Positions 54,636 to 64,000 of a stretch of DNA of 64,000 nucleotides are shown piece by piece; position 1 is the first letter of the stretch; every line of letters starts with the position of its first letter. Origin of the DNA: Eledone cirrhosa (lineage: Eukaryota). The notes beneath the pieces were generated by a model. The model had not been told where the DNA came from. It did no database searches and saw only the letters and a list, made by a program, of their open reading frames with translations. A program made the translations under genes and the position numbers. The stretch is from NCBI GenBank assembly GCA_964016885.1, contig OZ024753.1, positions 13,144,001 to 13,208,000 of the forward strand, given 5' to 3'.

Positions 54636-54985
54636 CTTTTTTTGTTTAATATAAGGAACTGTTTCATTGTTTTATTCATTATTCTTTTAATATTTTATCT
54701 TGACTCTGTATTCCGTTTATCTTTCACCGAAAGTGATTTTTCATTGCATCTCTTCTTTCCATGATATCCGGATTACATTGAGTTCTTCATACGGATTGGA
54801 CACTACCGTAAACTCTTGGTAGATTTATCTACATAATTTTGCTCCTATTTTCACGGAAATATTCGTATTTTTGTACTGTATGTGTGTATTAATTTTATAT
54901 TTATGTATATACATATATATGTATGATTTTGTAAACCCATATACATTTAGTTGAGCTCTTTCAATTGTCCATCATCCATATCACA

Positions 54986-57428
54986 ATGGAAAAACAATAT
55001 TTGGGAACCTCTTTAAAGAACATACCAATACCTTCTAAGGATGACTTCTTACTCCTTATGATTCAAAAAACTAATAATTTTATCAGAAGGGTTAGATGGA
55101 GGGCCTACCACTTCGATAAAAAATCTAAACATGCAGATCGGAAATATATGTATGATTTCAATACTTACAAGAATCCACCACACAACTCTTTACTTGAAGA
55201 CTTTGAGAAAGACCTTTTTAATTTAATTAAACACCTCAAATTTAAAAAGTATAAATCCGTCTTTCAAAAGGACCTTGATTCTACCCTATTGGACCTAAAA
55301 AAGTCTAAAAAAATCCATGTCCACTCGGACAAAACTGGTAACTCGTATCACATGGATATTGAACATTATAATGAGTTCATATATAAAGAACTCAGGAAAA
55401 ATTATAAAAAATCTAATAATGCGTCACTCACCAACATCAACAACAAAACACACAACATAGTAAAAAAAACTAAACATTGAAGATAGAACTGAACCTTTGG
55501 CATTGAAAAGACCACACTTCAACCTGAAGGATCATAAATCAAACTTTAACTCAAATCCTTCTATAAGACTTATATGTCCCTCCAAATCAGATATTGGAAT
55601 AATTAGCAAAAAAATTTTGGATAGAGTCATCCCACAAATAAGAAAACACGTTATTTTACCACTCTGGGAAAACACCTCCCAGGTAATTAACTGGTTTAAA
55701 AATATTAGATGTAAATCTTCTGCTTCATTTCTACAATTTGATATAGATAATTACTATTCTTCTATATCACCTATACTCCTGAACAAAGCATTGATATTTG
55801 CTAAAAATAGATCTAACTTAACTTTGGATGACATTAATATTATTACACATGCTAGACTAACACTTATTGAATTTCAGAATGAATACTGGACCAGAAACAC
55901 ATATAGTAATCTATTTGATATTACTATGGGTTCAAGCGATTCCGCCCAAATTACTGATCTTGTGGGCCTCTTTCTCCTTTTCAACATAAATGCCTCCTTT
56001 CCCCACCTTAAAGGTGGTTTATATCGTGATGACTGTCTTCTTCTTTCCAACAACCTTAGCCTTTCAGAAATAGAAAAAAACAAAAAGCATATTAGAACTT
56101 TCCTTAAAGACTATTATAGTCTTCATATTACTTTTGAAAAAACAAGTAAAGTAGTAAATTTCCTAGATATAACTTTAGATTTAGCTACGGGTATCTACCA
56201 ACCTTACCATAAACCAAACCAAAACTTACATTACATACACTCACAATCTAATCACCCTAAATCTATCCTTAAAAACCTTGCATATAATATATCACTTAGA
56301 ATTTCTAACCTTTCTTCTAACCAAGAAGTATTTGATAAAAATGCGACCTTCTATAACGAAGCTCTAGATAGAAGTGGCCACAAAAATAGATTAGAATATA
56401 TACCTTCTACTAAAAATACTAAAAACATACAACCTAATATTACCAACAAACACCAAATGAAAAGTACACACCTAAATGCCACCCACACTATACCCCAAAA
56501 TACCAAATCTTCTAATATAAAATATACTAACTCTCAAAAAACTACTCATCATACAACTCTAATAAATATTAATAATAAAACTCCTAATAAAAAAGATAAA
56601 ACACCTAAATCTACAAATATAACTAAAAATGGTTGTGGTGAGATCATTAACATTAATCCTCCTAGTAAACATCACGATACAACCTATAAAAATAATAAAA
56701 ATAATAAACAACATAGAAACCGTAATAGACGGGTTACTTGGTATAATGCTCCATTTAATTTACAAATTAAGGATAATATTGCTAAAAAAATTTGTTATAT
56801 CCTAGAGAAAAACTTCCCGCCAAACCACAAATACCATCAAATCTTAAATAGGTCTACAGTTAAATTCTCATACTCAACAACAAATAACATAAAACAAAAT
56901 ATAAGTGCCTATAATGCATATAAATGTAAGAAAACCATAAGTATACCACCAATACATCAAACTAACCATAATATCTCCTCAAATACAGAATTAACGAAAG
57001 GTTGTAACTGTAGAAACAAAGCAAACTGCCCATTAACAGGGAATTGTCTTGTTAACAACATAGTCTATAAATGTAATGTTAAAACTAAAGATTCTATTTG
57101 CTTATATATAGGAGCTACTTCTAACAATTTTAAGACAAGGTTTAATACCCACAAGCATAGTTTTAAAAATGCCGCACTGGCTAATACAACATCTCTAGCA
57201 GAAAAAATCAATAGTTATAAAAATAAGAATATAGAATATGATTTGACCTGGAGTGTGCTCAAAAGAGCCACCCCTTATCAAAATAATAGAAATGAATGTA
57301 GATTATGTTCCCAAGAACTATTTGAAATAATGAAATCTAAGGATATCCTATTAAATAAACGACAGGAATTAATTATATCGTGTAATCATAAACTAAAAAA
57401 AACATTTAAATATTATAAACCTAATTAA
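54986..57428 (+). CDS. Penelope RT plus GIY-YIG polyprotein, one frameshift at an A-run near 55465
   Basis: SLKNIPIP, SDKTGN, FDIDNYYSSI, MGSSDSA, LYRDD, FLDITL, YIGAT, CRLC. ORFs 54965-55480 and 55497-57428 join if the A-run is corrected. Confidence 0.9.
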
Positions 57429-57889
57429 TAACATTATTTTAGAAATTAATATATAATTTAATTTAAATGTTAGTTAACCTATAAATTTAATTTAATTAAA
57501 ACTCTACTACAGATGAGAGTATAAAATATTGTGTAATCATAAATTGTGAAAAACCTTTAAATATTACTAATATATACTTAGTAATTTAATTTATAGATTA
57601 ATTTTAATTTATTTAACCCTTTATTAAAATTCCTTTACAGATAAAATATAACAAAATATCGTATATTCAAGGACAGAAATAATTTTTAGTATTATAGACC
57701 TAATTAATATACATTTTAGAAATATATTTATAATTTGGTTTTAAATTTAGTCAACCTAAAAATTTAATTTATTGGCTTAAAATTAGTATCCTAATACAGA
57801 CGGATTGCAGAGTGTCATGTAATCATAGAATGGGATGTGTTTTGGATGTATACCTAATTAATATATTCTTTGCAATTTTTGAAAAAATA

Positions 57890-58614
57890 TGTATATATAT
57901 GTATATATATGTATGTGTATGTATGTATATATATGTGTATATATATATATGTATGTATATGTATATATATATATGTATTAGTTTTGATTTCTGTTTACAT
58001 ATAATTATATTCTGCTATTGATAAAATACAATATCTGTTTTATTTATTATATACCTAATTAACATATACTATAGAAATTAATATATAACTTTTAATTTAG
58101 TTAACCTATAATTTATATTCTACTACTGATGTAATACTTTATTTGTTTTTTCCCTATTACTAAATTCATTTCCTAATATTGATACCATAACGTTAATAAT
58201 TTTAATTTAGTTATACTATAATTAATACTCTACTACTATTTAACTTCAAAATTCTGCTTCAAATATTATAAACCTAAGTAATTTACACCTTAGAAATCAA
58301 TATGTTAACTATCGTTAGTTTAGTTAACCTATAATTAATGGTATACTTATATTGAAATGCATAATTTTGCATTTCCTAATACTGAAACTTTGTAAACACA
58401 TATTTAGATCCAGATACAGATTAATATTCTATGTTTCTTGAAACATATATTTACTATAATCCCCTTCTCCCCCCCCCCCTTCCCCCCTACTATTATTATC
58501 TGTATTTGTAAGCGTGTATGTATGAATATATATGTAGGTAGGTGTATATATGTTTGGGTGTTTATATCTAAGTATAAAAATACATATATGCGCATGCAAA
58601 TAAGGATGTATGAT

Positions 58615-58654
<40 letters not shown>

Positions 58655-58656
58655 TG

Positions 58657-58687
<31 letters not shown>

Positions 58688-59493
58688 GTATATATGTATG
58701 TGTGTGTGTGCGTGTATGTATGTATATATATATGTGTGTATGTATGTGTGTGTATATATGTGTATGTATATGTATGTCTCTCTATATATATGTGTATCTT
58801 CGTATCTATGTGGGTATATGTGTGTATGTACATGTATGCACATGTATATGTTTATGTGTATATGTTTGTATGTGTATATGTGTACGTATGCGCGCATATA
58901 TATGTGAGTGTGTGTGTCTGTGTATATATATGTATGTCTATGTATGTATATATTTGTATATGTATATATATATATTATTTATTATTATAATATAATTTAT
59001 GTGTATATGTATATATGTGAAAATGTGTATATATGTATATATATATAAAAATATATATGTGTATGTGTGTCTTTGTGTGTGTGTATATATATGTATATAT
59101 GTGTGTATGTATGTGTCTGTATGTGTGTTTATGGTTGTATGTGTGTGTGGATATATATATATATGTATGTATATATATATATATGTGTATATGTATCTCT
59201 ATTTATGAGTGTATATATGTATATGTATATACCTTTTTCTTTGTAATGTCTGAGTTGTGTGAGAGTGTAGTGGTGTTTGTATGTATATACGCATATATGG
59301 ATGCGTATGTATTTGTATATATGCGTATATGTAAGTGCGTATGTGTGTGTGAATATATATCTATGTCTATGTATGAGTATGTATGTGTGTGTATGTATGT
59401 GTGTGTGTATGTATGTATGTGTGTATGTGTGTATATATTTGTGTATATGTATGTATGTATGTGTATGTATGTATGTATATATGTATGTATATG

Positions 59494-59532
<39 letters not shown>

Positions 59533-60239
59533 TTATTATATATGTATGTGTGTGTATGTGTGTATTATATATCTTTATATATGTGTATGTGTATGTATGT
59601 GTAGGTGTGTGTGTGTGACTATATATGTATGTGTGTATATGTGTATGTATGTATATGTATGTGTGTGTACATATATATATATATATATGTATGTATATAT
59701 ATATATATATGTGTATATATATGTATATATATATATGTGTGTATATATATCTCTATTTATGTGTGTATGTGTGTATATGTATATACCTTTTTCTTTGTAT
59801 GTCTGAGTTGTGTGAGAGTGTAGTGGTGTTTGTATGTATATACGCATATATGGATGCGTATGTATTTGTATATATGCGTATATGTAAGTGCGTATGTGTG
59901 TGTGAATATATATCTATGTCTATGTATGAGTATGTATGTGTGTGTATGTATGTGTGTGTGTATGTATGTATGTGTGTATGTGTGTATGTATATGTGTGTA
60001 TATATATGTATGTATGTGTATGTATGTATGTATATATGTATGTATATGTGTATATATGTATATATATATATATATATATATTTATTATATATATGTGTGT
60101 GTGTGTATGTGTGTGTGTATATATATCTTTATATATGTGTATGTGTATGTATGTGTAGGTGTGTGTGTGTGAATATATATGTATGTGTGTATATGTGTAT
60201 GTATGTGTATGTATGTGTATGTGTGTATGTATATGTATA

Positions 60240-60304
<65 letters not shown>

Positions 60305-60474
60305 ATGTGTGTGTGTGTGTGTGTATGTGTGTATATATATTTATGTATATATATATATTTATATGTGGGTATGTATGTGTATGTGTGTATATATATGAGT
60401 GTATTTTTATATATATATATATATGTATGTAGATGTGACTGTATATATATGTGTATATGTATATATATATGTAT

Positions 60475-60520
<46 letters not shown>

Positions 60521-60620
60521 ATGTATATGTGTGTATATGTATGAGTGTGTGTATATATATACGAGTGTTGTGAGTGTATATATATGTATATATATATGCG
60601 TGTGTATATGTATATGTGTG

Positions 60621-60653
<33 letters not shown>

Positions 60654-60654
60654 A

Positions 60655-60708
<54 letters not shown>

Positions 60709-61131
60709 TATGTGTTTATGTATGTATGTGTCTATGTATTTATATGTGTCTATGTATGTGTCTCTATATGTATGCGGCTGTGTATATGTATGTGTATTTA
60801 TATGGTATGTGTATGTATATGTATGTATATGTATGTGTTTTATATATATGTGTATGTATATGTATGTATATGTATGTGTGTGTATGCGTGTGTATTTATT
60901 TATATGTCTATATGTATGTATATCGATGTATACTTTATATTTTGCCTGTTTGTATATATATATATTTGTGTGTATGTATATGTGCGTGTATATATATATA
61001 TGTGTGTGTGTATATATGTGTGTGTATATATGTGTATATATGTGTGTATATATATATGTATGTGTGTATATATGTGTATATATATATGTATATGTTTATA
61101 TATGTGTGTGTGTGTGTGTGTTGTATGTATA

Positions 61132-61165
<34 letters not shown>
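57890..61165. repeat. Compound (TA/TG) microsatellite in the Penelope 3' region, with an internal ~550-bp tandem duplication
   Basis: The anchor TGTCTGAGTTGTGTGAGAGTGTAGTGGTG occurs at ~59247 and ~59800. Confidence 0.85.
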
Positions 61166-61167
<2 letters not shown>

Positions 61168-61769
61168 CTTGATATATTTCTCTTTTCCTTTTTCTTTTTC
61201 TTTTCTTTTTATTTCTAAGTTTATAGATACATCTATAAATAAGCAGTCTGCCGAAACCGTTGAATACTGACCTCTCCCCCCCCCCTCCCACCTAATTTCT
61301 GTATCTTGATCTGAGTGTGTGTGGCAGTGTTTATGTGCGTACATTAGTGTCCATATGCTTATGATAGTACTATATGCACATATATATGTGTGTGGGGGTG
61401 TGTGTATGTATGTTCGTAATTATGTGTATGTTTATGCATATACGCGCGTGTGTGTGTGAGTGTACGAATATGTGTGAGTATGTGAATGTGTGTGTACATT
61501 TATTTCATATTTATGTGTCTATACGCATTTTATCTGTGGATTATAAACTTACAGAGACATTAGCCTTGAATTTTTGTATTTGCATACATCTTTTTGGCAT
61601 GCGTATGCATGTGAGCATATATCTTTATATAAATATGTGTACGATGTTAATTACATGTATATACACACACCAAACTGCATAACATTTTTTGTATTTTCAT
61701 TGGTCAATTTGAACTCCGTTCCCAAACGGACCTGAAATTTTGAATTGTTGTTATTATCAATAAATATAT

Positions 61770-61924
61770 TTCATTATTTCTGAAGACGGCATATATGTGT
61801 GTTTGGTATGTATATTTAATCTTGATAGTTTGTATAATTTTGTATAATTTTGTACATAGATCTGTTGAATATGCATGCCAATTCTAACACATATATATCC
61901 TAGAAACGATCGTTAAATAATGAA
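61770..61924 (+). ncRNA. Hammerhead ribozyme with extended stem II (copy 2)
   Basis: Essentially identical to 54481-54635, in the 3' direct repeat. Confidence 0.7.
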
Positions 61925-62118
61925 CTTTTTTTGTTTAATATAAGGAACTGTTTCATTGTTTTATTCATTATTCTTTTAATATTTTATCTTGACTCTGTAT
62001 TCTGTTTATCTTTCACCGAAAGTGATTTTTCATTGCATCTCTTCTTTCCATGATATCCGGATTACATTGAGTTCTTCATACGGATTGGACACTACCGTAA
62101 ACTCTTGGTAGATTTATC

Positions 62119-62168
<50 letters not shown>

Positions 62169-62169
62169 T

Positions 62170-62204
<35 letters not shown>

Positions 62205-62231
62205 TGTATATATATATATATATATATATAA

Positions 62232-62268
<37 letters not shown>

Positions 62269-62311
62269 TGTATATATATATAAATATGTATATATATATA
62301 TATATATATAA

Positions 62312-62406
<95 letters not shown>

Positions 62407-62410
62407 TGTA

Positions 62411-62656
<246 letters not shown>

Positions 62657-63090
62657 AATATGTATATATATATATATATATACATATATATTCATATAAA
62701 TATGTATATATATATATATATATTGGTAAACGGAATAGAAAATGCTGACAAATTGTTCACAGTTGAAAAATGGTTTAATTAGGAATAAAAGAGTATTAGT
62801 GATTGTATGGGTTAGTATTCGGTTGTGGTTTTAAGTTTTTAAGTTTTTACCGGTTGCGCATTTCTAAATGCTTTTCAAAAATAATTTTGAGATAGAGTGT
62901 CCGTGCTGTTTGCTCTGATCTGATTAGTTTTGGGAATTCTAACTGTTTTTATGTTAAAAAAATTGGCTCCAGCGTTATTTTTGTGTTGCAAAAATGCTTG
63001 TGGTCAAAACAATTTTGATTGGTCGGTAGAGGTCATGTGGATAAAAAATTGGTTTTGCGCCAAGATTGAGAAATGACTCTTTCACAACAA

Positions 63091-63146
<56 letters not shown>

Positions 63147-63206
63147 TAAGGTATTCGATGCTGCGACAATAGCCAGCAGCGATGTGTGTCAAATGGCTAT
63201 TAAGAT

Positions 63207-63266
<60 letters not shown>

Positions 63267-63290
63267 ACCAGAGCAGATAGAGATAGCAAT

Positions 63291-64000
63291 TTTGACATAA
63301 CTATGGGATCTTCCGACTCAGCTCAGGTAACTGACCTTGTGGGCTTATTTTTAATCAATTCGCTACATAGGAAAATACCTGGTATTACCGGAGGTTTATA
63401 TAGGGATGACATGCTTTTACTTATTAATAATAATAACCCTGAACTAAATAGAAAATGTAAACAAATTACAAAATTTTTTAATTACTTTAACCTTAAAATA
63501 GAAATTGAGAACAACCATAGAATAGTCAATTTCCTAGATATAACACTAAATCTCAACACATGTCTCCACTATCCTTTTCACAAGTTGAATGAAAACTTAA
63601 ACTATGTCAACTTTAACTCTAACCACCCCAGATCTGTCAAAAACACTATAGTAAACTCTGTTCAAAAACGTATCTCTAGGATCTCGTCGAATAGAATGAT
63701 TTTCGACGAAAAGGCCCAATACTATAATGAAGCATTAGCTAGGGCAGGATATGCTGATAAGATTGTGTACATAGATAATGATAGACAAACTAAACAAAGT
63801 AACAACTTTTTTAATTACGGCAACAACCTTAACAACTATAATAGAAAGCATTACAATAATTCCAAAGGCCAAAAAAGAAATAGAACTAGGAACATAATTT
63901 GGTTTGCCCCCCCTTTCTCACTAAACATTAAAACCCACATCGCTAAATTATTTTTCAAAGCTCTTGATAATCGCTTCCCTAGAACACATAGGTATCACTC
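63291..64000 (+). mobile_element. 5'-truncated Penelope-like RT from a different family, running off the window end
   Basis: FDITMGSSDSAQVTDLVGLFL..GGLYRDDML..NFLDITLNL..SNHP..IIWFAPPFSLN; frame open to the end of the window. Confidence 0.88.

Larger units (their letters stand above)
53925..62124 (+). mobile_element. Near full-length Penelope-like element with ~815-bp direct repeats (54018-54835, 61311-62124) and an inverted 5' piece
   Basis: Direct repeats offset by about 7290 bp flank the RT-GIY-YIG ORF. 53925-54017 is the reverse complement of ~60565-60655. Confidence 0.9.

Overview
AT-rich animal genomic DNA full of (TA)n/(CA)n microsatellites. The tRNA-SINE and LINE types suggest a cephalopod such as Octopus; this is an inference. 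Most ORF-track entries are microsatellite artefacts. The window is a tandem array of an ~11-kb unit built mainly from TE remnants: SINEs, non-autonomous Helitrons, RTE/CR1/R4 LINE fragments, Penelope pieces and long palindromes. The only host-gene-like sequence is four intact, divergent copies of a 990-nt exon (6887, 17820, 40233, 45050; + strand). Each encodes about 6 TM helices of a gustatory-receptor-like (GRL/7TMIC) protein and ends at a phase-0 GTAAGT donor. I found no exon for the C-terminal TM7 region in any unit, which suggests alternative variable exons spliced to shared 3' exons outside the window (Gr39a/Gr28b-like). The copies show a strong excess of replacement changes and mosaic ancestry. 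Also present: a near-complete Penelope element whose direct repeats hold hammerhead ribozymes with a very long stem II, an internally deleted CR1-like LINE with a Myb-like/CCCH ORF1, and three minisatellites each amplified from the last codons of a different LINE.
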